Assembly (NCBI GenBank): GCA_030149295.1
Contig: JASBRV010000119.1
Location: 5,332 to 69,331, forward strand
Direction of reading: 5' to 3'
Source of the DNA: Bacteriovoracales bacterium
GTDB lineage: Bacteria > Bdellovibrionota > Bacteriovoracia > Bacteriovoracales > Bacteriovoracaceae
DNA: 64,000 nucleotides
Within the stretch, counting starts at the first letter, position 1. Each line of letters opens with the position of its first letter. The notes beneath the pieces are model-generated. The model saw only the letters and a program-made list of their open reading frames with translations. It was not told the origin of the DNA and searched no databases. Below, piece by piece: positions 18,963 to 27,180 of this stretch. The position numbers and the translations under genes are program-made.

Positions 18963-19463
18963 TTAAACTGTTAGATATGAGTTGGGGTGATCCCACTGAC
19001 CTTTTTCCCAACGATATACTTTTGTTTTATCAACTTTAATTTTCCCTTCAGCATTGAGAGTAATTGCATACCTCTCAAGCGGTCTTGGAGCTGGACCTTC
19101 AAAGTTAATTCCGCTCATATAATAACCTGATCCATGACAAGGGCATTTGAACTTTAATTCGGCAGGAAGCCAGTTTGGAATACATCCAAGGTGTGTACAG
19201 ATATTAGAAAGAGCAAAAAGTTTTCCTTCAAGCTTCACCATCCATACACCGTATCCATTTTTGTACCTCTCATCGACACCCTCCTCGTAAAGGTCAGGTG
19301 TGCCTGCAAGGAATTCCATTTCAGGCTCAAAGTTAACGTTGGGATAAGAAAAGCGAAATGCTAAAGAAGCCAAGCCAGCACATGCGGCACTAAAAGCAAT
19401 CCAAGCAACCGAGAGGTAGCTAAAGAATTCTCTTCTATTAAGACTTTGTCTTGTATCACTCAT
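18963..19463 (-). CDS. Rieske [2Fe-2S] subunit of a bc-type complex
   Basis: 166 aa. N-terminal Tat-like/TM segment. CTHLGC and CPCHGS cluster-binding boxes. Confidence 0.9.
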   Translation of the reverse strand: MSDTRQSLNRREFFSYLSVAWIAFSAACAGLASLAFRFSYPNVNFEPEMEFLAGTPDLYEEGVDERYKNGYGVWMVKLEGKLFALSNICTHLGCIPNWLPAELKFKCPCHGSGYYMSGINFEGPAPRPLERYAITLNAEGKIKVDKTKVYRWEKGQWDHPNSYLTV

Positions 19464-19584
19464 AAGACTAAACCTCGAACACTCAAAAAATAGTGTTAGT
19501 CAAAAATTTTGGCACAATAAAACGTGCACCGTAGTTATCATAATTTTCTTGGAAAATCAGCAGTTTAATTATCGTCACCATAGC

Positions 19585-20454
19585 CTACTTTTTCAATAAA
19601 TTTAAGACTTCCTGTGCACGAGAAGAAACTTTCAAGCTTTTGTCATGCTTAGCAACATATAATAATTGTTCATTCAATACCGGCCATTGATTTCTTTCGA
19701 GCGAATTTAATAAACTTAGTTTAAGGGCATCTACCTGATCTTCATTAAGTGAGGAAACCTTATTACCTTGGGGCTCTAGTAATAAAATCTCTTTAAGAGT
19801 CGGCACTGCAATTTCACTTTTGTAATTCACTAAGGCAGAGGCTACTGTGTAGCGAAGGACTTTGTTCGGATGCTGAAGAAGTGCTTCCAGACGGTCTTTC
19901 GCCTCTCTATTGCGATGAGTAGCAAGGGTCAGTGCCGCTGCCTGAATCATCCCAACATCTTTGTTTTCTAGATAGGAAATCACCTTGGGCCATGCATTAA
20001 ACTCAATCTCAGTAGGCATATTTCCCAGAGCAACGAGGGCATGAAAACGCACCTTGTCATCAACATCATCGATGGCGGCTTCAAGTAATTTTGCAGAAGA
20101 TTTGCTACGCAAAGCACCAGCTGCCACAACAGTGAACTGCCTCGTTCTCGCATCTTTTGCGTCTCGATAAATCTCAGACAAGTTCTCCACTAACCAAGGA
20201 ATATCCTCAGGAGGAATTCTTTCGCTAGAGATGAGTTTACTAAGTTCAAATGCTGCAACCCAGCGATTACCAAAGGTCTTCGTGTGCATCTCACGAACAA
20301 GGTCTTTGTATGATCTTTCTGAAGACAATAATTTTGTCACTCCAAAAACAACCAGGGCTCCCACAAGAACAACAGCAATGGGTACGACGATTCCACTCGC
20401 TAATGGATTTTCTAAAATCTTTTTCTTTTTCACTTCACCTGAGCTCATAGACAT
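19585..20454 (-). CDS. membrane-anchored HEAT/PBS-lyase-repeat protein
   Basis: 289 aa. One N-terminal TM helix followed by repeated alpha-helical ..D..VR..A..ALG.. units. Immediately upstream of the Rieske gene on the same strand. Confidence 0.6.
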   Translation of the reverse strand: MSMSSGEVKKKKILENPLASGIVVPIAVVLVGALVVFGVTKLLSSERSYKDLVREMHTKTFGNRWVAAFELSKLISSERIPPEDIPWLVENLSEIYRDAKDARTRQFTVVAAGALRSKSSAKLLEAAIDDVDDKVRFHALVALGNMPTEIEFNAWPKVISYLENKDVGMIQAAALTLATHRNREAKDRLEALLQHPNKVLRYTVASALVNYKSEIAVPTLKEILLLEPQGNKVSSLNEDQVDALKLSLLNSLERNQWPVLNEQLLYVAKHDKSLKVSSRAQEVLNLLKK

Positions 20455-20583
20455 GTCACCGAAAGATTCTCTTCAAAAAGAGACTACCATAAAGTATTGT
20501 GCATTTGATTTGGCAAAGGTTTAGCAAACACGCGAAATGTTGACAATCAAATATGGTTCGCCATTTATCTAGGATTTCTCTCT

Positions 20584-21129
20584 ATGGCATATTTACTCAG
20601 AGTACTCGTCTTGCTCATGGTCTTAGGCATTAGTCTGACAACATCCGTCGCACTTGGTTGGGTCGACATTAACTTTGGGCATATTCAACTTGCTATCGTT
20701 AGTTTTATTTACACGATCTTTGCTCAAGCCTTTGTGATGTTTTATTTCATCGGCGTTTCGCGCTTAATGAACAATATTTACTCAGTTCTTCAAAATGAAG
20801 AAAATCTTGGTGAACTCTTTGACAAGCCTCCGAAAGATTTAGAACCTTACAAAAAGAAGACCTTCAAATTTGTTCAAGATGCTGATCGCTGTAAAAGACA
20901 AACCATCCCTTGGACTATGCTTATGCTTGTCTTAGGCTCAATTGCCTTCCTACTTGGAGGCGCACATGATACCAACCTGGTTTCCAAAGTTGTTCACTCT
21001 GGAGTGGTCTACGGTTTTATGGTGGCCATGTTCATTGGTTTTTTTCGTCAATGGCACTATCTAAAGGTTAGCCATATCGCTCTTCGCAAAGTCAAAACTC
21101 TCTTTGAAATTCCTGACGGACAAATGTGA
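20584..21129 (+). CDS. hypothetical integral membrane protein
   Basis: 181 aa with about 4 predicted TM helices. I recognise no family. Confidence 0.5.
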   Translation: MAYLLRVLVLLMVLGISLTTSVALGWVDINFGHIQLAIVSFIYTIFAQAFVMFYFIGVSRLMNNIYSVLQNEENLGELFDKPPKDLEPYKKKTFKFVQDADRCKRQTIPWTMLMLVLGSIAFLLGGAHDTNLVSKVVHSGVVYGFMVAMFIGFFRQWHYLKVSHIALRKVKTLFEIPDGQM

Positions 21130-21197
21130 ATAATCAAAACCAAAGGGGTTGAGGGGCATGGGATTGTGTTCATTATTCTTCCCTATGCATAATGGTC

Positions 21198-21248
21198 GTA
21201 ACCATGAGCAGACAAGCTGCCAATGGTTACATCTTTATTATATTTTTG
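21198..21248 (+). terminator. hairpin plus T-rich tail between convergent genes
   Basis: GTAACCAT (21198-21205) pairs with ATGGTTAC (21223-21230). There is an inner GCAG/CTGC stem, followed by ATCTTTATTATATTTTT. Confidence 0.45.
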
Positions 21249-21282
21249 CATGCATTGGGATACGAATATTTAAAGCGTTGCT

Positions 21283-22596
21283 TTAAATATTCTTCACCCA
21301 TATAAAAACTTTGTTCTTACCGGGAGGGTTACGGCCAGTTCTGGTTCGAGATTCGTAAAGGACAGCATCATCAAATTCCATCACTTGAGCCATAAACTCT
21401 TTGAGGTACTGACGGGGAACATAAAGATTGTAATAAGTTCCGCCAGGAACCTTTTTACCAGGCTTCACATTATCAACTCGAGTTACTTCATATTTTTTCA
21501 ATAGGATATTAAGGCGATCTTTGGAAGCATTGGAATCCACTGAACGCATAAGAACACGATAAACCTTAGTGTTCCCATAACGGCTATCACGATAGCCTCG
21601 TTTTTTTAATTCCTCATAATCAGATTGCTCCAAGTTAACTGTATCAAAATCCTTAGGAAGGGAATCCCAACTAGTAAGCACAACGTCAGACTCTTCTTCG
21701 TATCTGATATCGGCATCAAAGGAAAGAGCATCAAAGCGACTCTCTTTTGTTTCGACCTCTTCGATCTCTCTCGCGCCTAATTCAAAATCCTTTTTTGTTT
21801 CTTCCTCATTTTCCTGAAAGGAGAGAGTGGTATCAAGCCATTTCAATTGTGGCTCATAAATACTAATTTGTTCCAAGATTGATTTTTCCCATTTTTTATT
21901 AACTTTTTGCACGAGAAAAACAAGTCCAATCCCTATAAGAAGAAAAATAAGGACCTCTCGAAAAACACGTAACTGCCTAGAGAAAGAAAGGTTACTTTTG
22001 ATCTTAGAAAAATCAAAACTGGAGTTGAATAAGTCCTTCTCCATTCTCTTACTAAGGAGTTTCCATTCAGGATAGAGTGTTACCTCCATACTATTAAGAA
22101 CAGACTCATTATTCTTTTGTTCAACTTCGTTACCAAGACTCAACTCCTCTTTTATTTGGCGATAAGAGATGTTTAGGTTTGGGCTCACTCTATTAGAAAC
22201 TAAAAAGCATTTTGAAAAATACTCTTCATATTCAGGTAGATGAGAAAGAAAGTATTCCCTAAGTAAAAGGGCCAAGGAATCATAAGGAACTTTTGATCTA
22301 TTACTCAACTCTAAAAGGGTTATTGGTCTAGTAATAAAGGTATAACAAAGAAAACTGTTTCTAAGCCACGTAAACCAAGAGTTAAGAGGTCCAATTTCCG
22401 CATGCAGGAGAGCGTAATTAAAACGTTCAATCATTTGTTCTAAACTTTGATCAGGAACAAAAAATGACTCCCAAAAAGTGCTAAATTCCGCTTCAAAGCG
22501 ACCCTGCCAAGTTAGTGCATCGTAATTGAGCCCAAGCCAAGCTTCAAAGCTTTTTTGATGAGCATCCGAAAAAACGATCGATTCGCCATGGACCAT
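21283..22596 (-). CDS. hypothetical single-pass membrane protein
   Basis: 437 aa with a central TM helix (VLIFLLIGIGLVFLV). The start codon overlaps the thiolase stop by 1 nt. No family recognised. Confidence 0.55.
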   Translation of the reverse strand: MVHGESIVFSDAHQKSFEAWLGLNYDALTWQGRFEAEFSTFWESFFVPDQSLEQMIERFNYALLHAEIGPLNSWFTWLRNSFLCYTFITRPITLLELSNRSKVPYDSLALLLREYFLSHLPEYEEYFSKCFLVSNRVSPNLNISYRQIKEELSLGNEVEQKNNESVLNSMEVTLYPEWKLLSKRMEKDLFNSSFDFSKIKSNLSFSRQLRVFREVLIFLLIGIGLVFLVQKVNKKWEKSILEQISIYEPQLKWLDTTLSFQENEEETKKDFELGAREIEEVETKESRFDALSFDADIRYEEESDVVLTSWDSLPKDFDTVNLEQSDYEELKKRGYRDSRYGNTKVYRVLMRSVDSNASKDRLNILLKKYEVTRVDNVKPGKKVPGGTYYNLYVPRQYLKEFMAQVMEFDDAVLYESRTRTGRNPPGKNKVFIWVKNI

Positions 22597-23786
22597 TAAA
22601 CTCTCTCAATGAGAACGGCAATACCTTGCCCTCCTCCAATACATGCTGCAGCGATGCCTCTCTTGAGTCCTTTCTCTTTTAACTGCCTTGCGAGAGTTAA
22701 AGTAATCCTATTACCAGAAGCACCAAGAGGGTGACCAAGGGCAACCGCACCACCCCAAATATTAAGTTTTTCTTGATCTAGCTTCAACTCTTTTACACAT
22801 GATAAAACTTGCCCTGCAAAAGCCTCATTAATTTCAATCAAATCAATGTCATTCAAACTCAACTTATTTCGTCCAAGTAAAGCCTGAATTGCAGGCACAG
22901 GTCCAATTCCCATAATTGTCGGATCTACACCCACAACAATCCCATCAACAATTTGGGCAAGTGGAGTCAGTCCATTTTGAGAACAAAAATCTTCTCCCGC
23001 AATCAAAGTTGAAGAAGCGCCATCGACAATACCAGATGCTGTTGCAGGCGTTACAACCCCACCTTCTTTAAAGGATGTACGAAGCTTGGCCATGCCTTCA
23101 ATCGTTGCATCAGCTCTAACGTGCTCATCAAAATCAAGGGACCCTCTTTTTAACTCTATAGGTGCAATTTCACCTTTAAAGAATCCTGCCTCACGAGCGG
23201 CAACGGCTTTCTTGTGAGAATTCACAGAAAATTCCTCAGCTTGGTCCCTTGTAATAGAAAACTTTTCGGATAAGTTTTCCGCCGTAATTCCCATGGCACA
23301 ACCAGCGTATTTGTCCGTTAGAGAGTCAAGTAACATATCCACTGACTTTAATGGACCGTATTTAGTACCGAATCTGCCACCATAAGTGAGGTGGGGCACA
23401 TTGGACATATTCTCTGTACCAGCAGCAATAACTGATTGGGCCTCACCACACAAGATAAGGTGAGCTGCATCCATAATCGCCTGAGCCCCTGAGCCACAAA
23501 GTCTATTAAGGCAATATCCAGGAGTCTCCTGCTTAGCTCCACTCTTAAGTGCCAAATGCCTCCCACCATAAAGTGCATCTGTTGTGGTCGGTACAACATT
23601 TCCTAAAACAAAATGATCAACCTTATCGGCACCCAAATTTACCGCTTCCAGGGTCGCTTTTGTGGCGTGAACGGCAAGATCTACCGGGCTGATATCTTTA
23701 AGAGAGCCTCCAAATTTACCAAATGGAGTTCTTTTTCCCTCCACGAGAAAGACTTTACAGTTACTTAGCATAGTATTTAGCGTCAT
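22596..23786 (-). CDS. acetyl-CoA C-acyltransferase (thiolase)
   Basis: 396 aa. LNRLCGSG active-site Cys region and the C-terminal GGGQG thiolase signature. Confidence 0.9.
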   Translation of the reverse strand: MTLNTMLSNCKVFLVEGKRTPFGKFGGSLKDISPVDLAVHATKATLEAVNLGADKVDHFVLGNVVPTTTDALYGGRHLALKSGAKQETPGYCLNRLCGSGAQAIMDAAHLILCGEAQSVIAAGTENMSNVPHLTYGGRFGTKYGPLKSVDMLLDSLTDKYAGCAMGITAENLSEKFSITRDQAEEFSVNSHKKAVAAREAGFFKGEIAPIELKRGSLDFDEHVRADATIEGMAKLRTSFKEGGVVTPATASGIVDGASSTLIAGEDFCSQNGLTPLAQIVDGIVVGVDPTIMGIGPVPAIQALLGRNKLSLNDIDLIEINEAFAGQVLSCVKELKLDQEKLNIWGGAVALGHPLGASGNRITLTLARQLKEKGLKRGIAAACIGGGQGIAVLIERV

Positions 23787-23876
23787 TTTTTGCCTCCTTG
23801 AAGAGAGCTAAAGCAATTAGATACTCTAATAATAAGATGCCGTGATGGCATTTACAAAGTTTTTAAGGAACTTCCA

Positions 23877-24299
23877 ATGACGGATATTAGCCATGTAAGG
23901 GCACAAAGATTTAAGGCAAGCGAAGAAAAGCGCCATAACTTTGAGCTCAAGAAGCTTCGCTCGGAGAATGAAAAACAATACCGAGACGAAGTAAAGAAGT
24001 TCGAAAATACGCTAGGCCGCATGAGAGAAGAATACCAAACCAAAATCAATGGACTCGAAAACGAATTAGAACAAAAACTTACAATTATGCGTAGTCGCCA
24101 TGAAATGCGCCTTCAAGACGAGAACAAAAGACTGGCTGAGGAATTAAAGAACCTTAAAACCTCGCACAACGATCAACTTGCTGAAGTTTCTGAATCGCAA
24201 ACAAACGAAATTGAAAATATGAAAGAGAGCCATAGAAGAACTCTTCAAAATGCTCGTGAGAAGTTTATTAAAGAACAAGCTAAACTTGAAACTGCCTAG
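23877..24299 (+). CDS. coiled-coil protein, unknown function
   Basis: 140 aa. Highly charged K/E/R/Q heptad-like sequence throughout. Confidence 0.5.
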   Translation: MTDISHVRAQRFKASEEKRHNFELKKLRSENEKQYRDEVKKFENTLGRMREEYQTKINGLENELEQKLTIMRSRHEMRLQDENKRLAEELKNLKTSHNDQLAEVSESQTNEIENMKESHRRTLQNAREKFIKEQAKLETA

Positions 24300-24324
24300 A
24301 AGGAATCTGGGTAAAGGTTACTAA

Positions 24325-24750
24325 ATGGATTTTGATAACACTGGAAATATTTTTATCAATGGTAGAGCTCAAATACTTGAGATGTTTCAGTATCTAACTC
24401 CACAAGAACAAACTCGTCTTCTTAAAAATATCAAACTTAGAAATCCTCAATTGGCTCAAGAGCTACAAGAAACTTCAATCAACTTTGAATCTCTTGCAGA
24501 TCTTCCTGAACCAAGTATCGAAAAAGTACTAACTTATATTAAAGCCCCTATCTTAGGTGTTGCTCTTAAAAGCTTAGGAGTTTCAAAACAAAGAAAGATA
24601 CTTTCTGTTTGTGAAAGAAACTATGCAGAAGAAGCTTTTAAAGTGATGAATACGAGATTAACTAACGAAGCACGAGACGTTGAGCGTGCCTGTGATCGTA
24701 TAAAGTCAACGATGCTCGCTCTAGCCAAGAAAAACTTAATTAGCTTTTAA
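24325..24750 (+). CDS. small helical protein, FliG-C / MgtE-N-like by eye
   Basis: 141 aa. Helical-repeat pattern with LADLPE.....L and ILGVALK..G....ILS, reminiscent of FliG C-terminal / MgtE N-terminal domains. Weak call. Confidence 0.4.
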   Translation: MDFDNTGNIFINGRAQILEMFQYLTPQEQTRLLKNIKLRNPQLAQELQETSINFESLADLPEPSIEKVLTYIKAPILGVALKSLGVSKQRKILSVCERNYAEEAFKVMNTRLTNEARDVERACDRIKSTMLALAKKNLISF

Positions 24751-25218
24751 GCCTCTTCTTTTGCGATAATCTTCCACATTTTTAGAGAATTCAAAGAGTT
24801 CGTCCTCTGTGATGGACCCTTTAGAAGAGTGAAGTTCATCGACAATACGATGCTCTCTCAAAACATCAACCGTATTTCTTAGTCGATCACTTATGGTCAC
24901 CATAATATTGGTGACCCAGTCAGGACAACTTCGTAAAACTTTTCTGACTTCAGACTTTTTTACAACAACAAGCTCACAGTCCTGCAAAGCAATTGCCGTA
25001 GCATTTCTTGGCTCATCGTTAAACATAGAAAGCTCTCCGATAAAGTCTTTTTCCCCTACTGTCGAAATGGGGGAGAGCCTACCTTTAACTTCCTTAACAA
25101 TAGCAACATCACCTTTTGCGACAATGTAGAGATAAGTTGAGGGTTCTCCTTCAGCGAAAATGACTTGGCCTCTTTTAAAAGATAATGGTTTTTCAAAATT
25201 ATCGACAGAAGCGCTCAT
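24736..25218 (-). CDS. stand-alone cyclic-nucleotide-binding domain protein
   Basis: 160 aa. F.EGE....LYIV..G and GE..F....PR.ATA motifs of cNMP-binding domains. No DNA-binding domain. Confidence 0.75.
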   Translation of the reverse strand: MSASVDNFEKPLSFKRGQVIFAEGEPSTYLYIVAKGDVAIVKEVKGRLSPISTVGEKDFIGELSMFNDEPRNATAIALQDCELVVVKKSEVRKVLRSCPDWVTNIMVTISDRLRNTVDVLREHRIVDELHSSKGSITEDELFEFSKNVEDYRKRRGLKAN

Positions 25219-26113
25219 CGACTCCTCCAGAAATTAAAGTTCCATAACGTAGGCCCAGAGTACTTATCTCAAAGGTCCTTACATTCAGGGCACTACCTAG
25301 GACTTCTCCCAACATTGCCCCACCAATAATAGAATGAACTCTCTTACCTAAAAAAGGAAATTTTTCGGCAATTTTATCAACCGGAGTCATCTTTATCTTT
25401 TTTGAAAACTTCAAAAAGTCATCAAAACTAATTTTAACCCCATTCACCCCCGCGGGATCAAATTCCTTTAGTCCCTTAATCATAGCTCCAAGTGAGGTCA
25501 TCGAGCCCGCAACACATAAAAGATGCTCTGTTTGATATTGCTCCAGAGAATAATTGTTGAGAATTTCTTTAGCTTTTTTTTCAAAGATTCCATCACCTAG
25601 CCAGTCTGTACAGCGCACACTTCCCATAGGTAAACTCACTGTGGATAAAATTCTAAAAGGTGATAGTTGAATATTAATGAGCTCTGTTGAAGCCCCTCCA
25701 ATATCCATAATCGTTACTTGACTAGTGTTAAGCTCACTTCCCTTAACAACACCCAAGGAAGTGTAATAAGCCTCTGCCTCCCCTGAAATAATTTTAAAAT
25801 GAAAACCAGTTACTCGAGTCAATTCATCAAAAAATTCATTCGAGTTTTTAGCTACCCTTGCGGCTTCAGTAGCAGTAATGATGACATCTTTTGCCAAAAT
25901 GTCATGCCGATCAATAATGGCCTTGTATTCAAGGATAGCCTCTTTGGTATCTTGCATAGATCGAGTGGCAAAAACTCCATTTTTATCAAGACCTTTACCT
26001 AAACTGGTCACTCGAGACTCATTCTCTAATTCTTTGATAAGCTTATCTCCATCACAATCCGCAATAAGTAATAAAACCGTGTTAGAGCCAATATCGATCG
26101 AAGCTCGTTTCAT
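25199..26113 (-). CDS. Ppx/GppA family phosphatase
   Basis: 304 aa. The N-terminal IDIGSNT.LLLI motif and a later DIGGAST motif are typical of the Ppx/GppA ASKHA fold. Confidence 0.8.
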   Translation of the reverse strand: MKRASIDIGSNTVLLLIADCDGDKLIKELENESRVTSLGKGLDKNGVFATRSMQDTKEAILEYKAIIDRHDILAKDVIITATEAARVAKNSNEFFDELTRVTGFHFKIISGEAEAYYTSLGVVKGSELNTSQVTIMDIGGASTELINIQLSPFRILSTVSLPMGSVRCTDWLGDGIFEKKAKEILNNYSLEQYQTEHLLCVAGSMTSLGAMIKGLKEFDPAGVNGVKISFDDFLKFSKKIKMTPVDKIAEKFPFLGKRVHSIIGGAMLGEVLGSALNVRTFEISTLGLRYGTLISGGVDERFCR

Positions 26114-27168
26114 TACTCACCTTCTACTGTTTTCACTACATTCTCTGGTGTGATGTTTTTGATGAGACCATTTTCACAAATAATCCCACTTAAATGCTCA
26201 TGATCTGTAACATCAAAACTAGGATTGAGAGCTCTAGATTCTCTAGGACAAATTCTTTGCCCCATAGCTCCCAAAACCTCTTCTTCAGGTCTCAATTCAA
26301 TTTCAATTTCTGCCCCTGTCTCTAAACTCAAATCAAAAGTACTTGTTGGAGCCACCGTATAAAAGGGAACACCATAATGCTTTGCCACAATGGCAAGAGT
26401 TGAACTTCCCACTTTATTAGCCGTATCACCATTTTTCACAATCCTATCAGCACCTATAAAAATGGCATCCACTAACTGATTTTTCATAAGATAGGAAAAG
26501 GCCCCCTCCACAGTAACGCTATGGGGGATACCATTTACCGTCAGTTCATAGGCGGTAAGACGTCCTCCCTGTAAATATGGTCTGGTCTCAGAAGCATAAA
26601 CGTGATTCACGAAACCTTGCTCATGGGCGTATTCAATCACTCCTAACGCTGTTCCCATGGGTCCACAAGCAAGAAAACCTGTATTACAAAGAGTCATTAA
26701 GTTGAGTTTTTTATCGCCATAGATAGACTTCAATTCATCAAAGGCATACTTGGCCATCGATAAATTATTTTGTTTTAAAAGTTCCATTTGGTCATTGGAG
26801 AAACTAATAAGTCTTTTTAAAAGGTCCTCATGGGATTCTTTTTCAAAGTAATCCTTCATCAAGTCCAAAGCCCTATCAACTTCATAGGCTAGATTGACCG
26901 CCGTAGGCCGAGCCGTTTTTAAGAACTCTCCAGCCTTTACCATTTCCTTAAGGCTAGGACTTTTCAAATTCTTAAGTGCTAACACCATTCCATAAAGAGC
27001 AGTAAATCCGATTAAAGGTGCACCTCTAACGACCATATCTTTAATAGACGAATGTACTCCCTCAACATCAGTGTAGGAGAGAAAAACCTCTTCATGAGGA
27101 AGTTTTCGTTGATCAATAAGAGTTAGCTTCTCGCCATCCCACTCAAGGGGCCTCACTTTTCTTGTCAT
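26113..27168 (-). CDS. mtnA: S-methyl-5-thioribose-1-phosphate isomerase
   Basis: 351 aa. VRGAP.IG, ARPTAVNL, CNTG.LA and GADRI..NGD.ANK motifs of the eIF-2B/MtnA family. Confidence 0.88.
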   Translation of the reverse strand: MTRKVRPLEWDGEKLTLIDQRKLPHEEVFLSYTDVEGVHSSIKDMVVRGAPLIGFTALYGMVLALKNLKSPSLKEMVKAGEFLKTARPTAVNLAYEVDRALDLMKDYFEKESHEDLLKRLISFSNDQMELLKQNNLSMAKYAFDELKSIYGDKKLNLMTLCNTGFLACGPMGTALGVIEYAHEQGFVNHVYASETRPYLQGGRLTAYELTVNGIPHSVTVEGAFSYLMKNQLVDAIFIGADRIVKNGDTANKVGSSTLAIVAKHYGVPFYTVAPTSTFDLSLETGAEIEIELRPEEEVLGAMGQRICPRESRALNPSFDVTDHEHLSGIICENGLIKNITPENVVKTVEGE

Positions 27169-27180
27169 ATAATGAATCCT

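Noticed and set aside
19477-19496. Inverted repeat AACACT-N8-AGTGTT just upstream of the Rieske gene start
   Set aside because: The arms are short (6 bp) and sit in AT-rich sequence, so the match could be chance or a minor 5'-UTR hairpin. There is no second copy in the window to support an operator.
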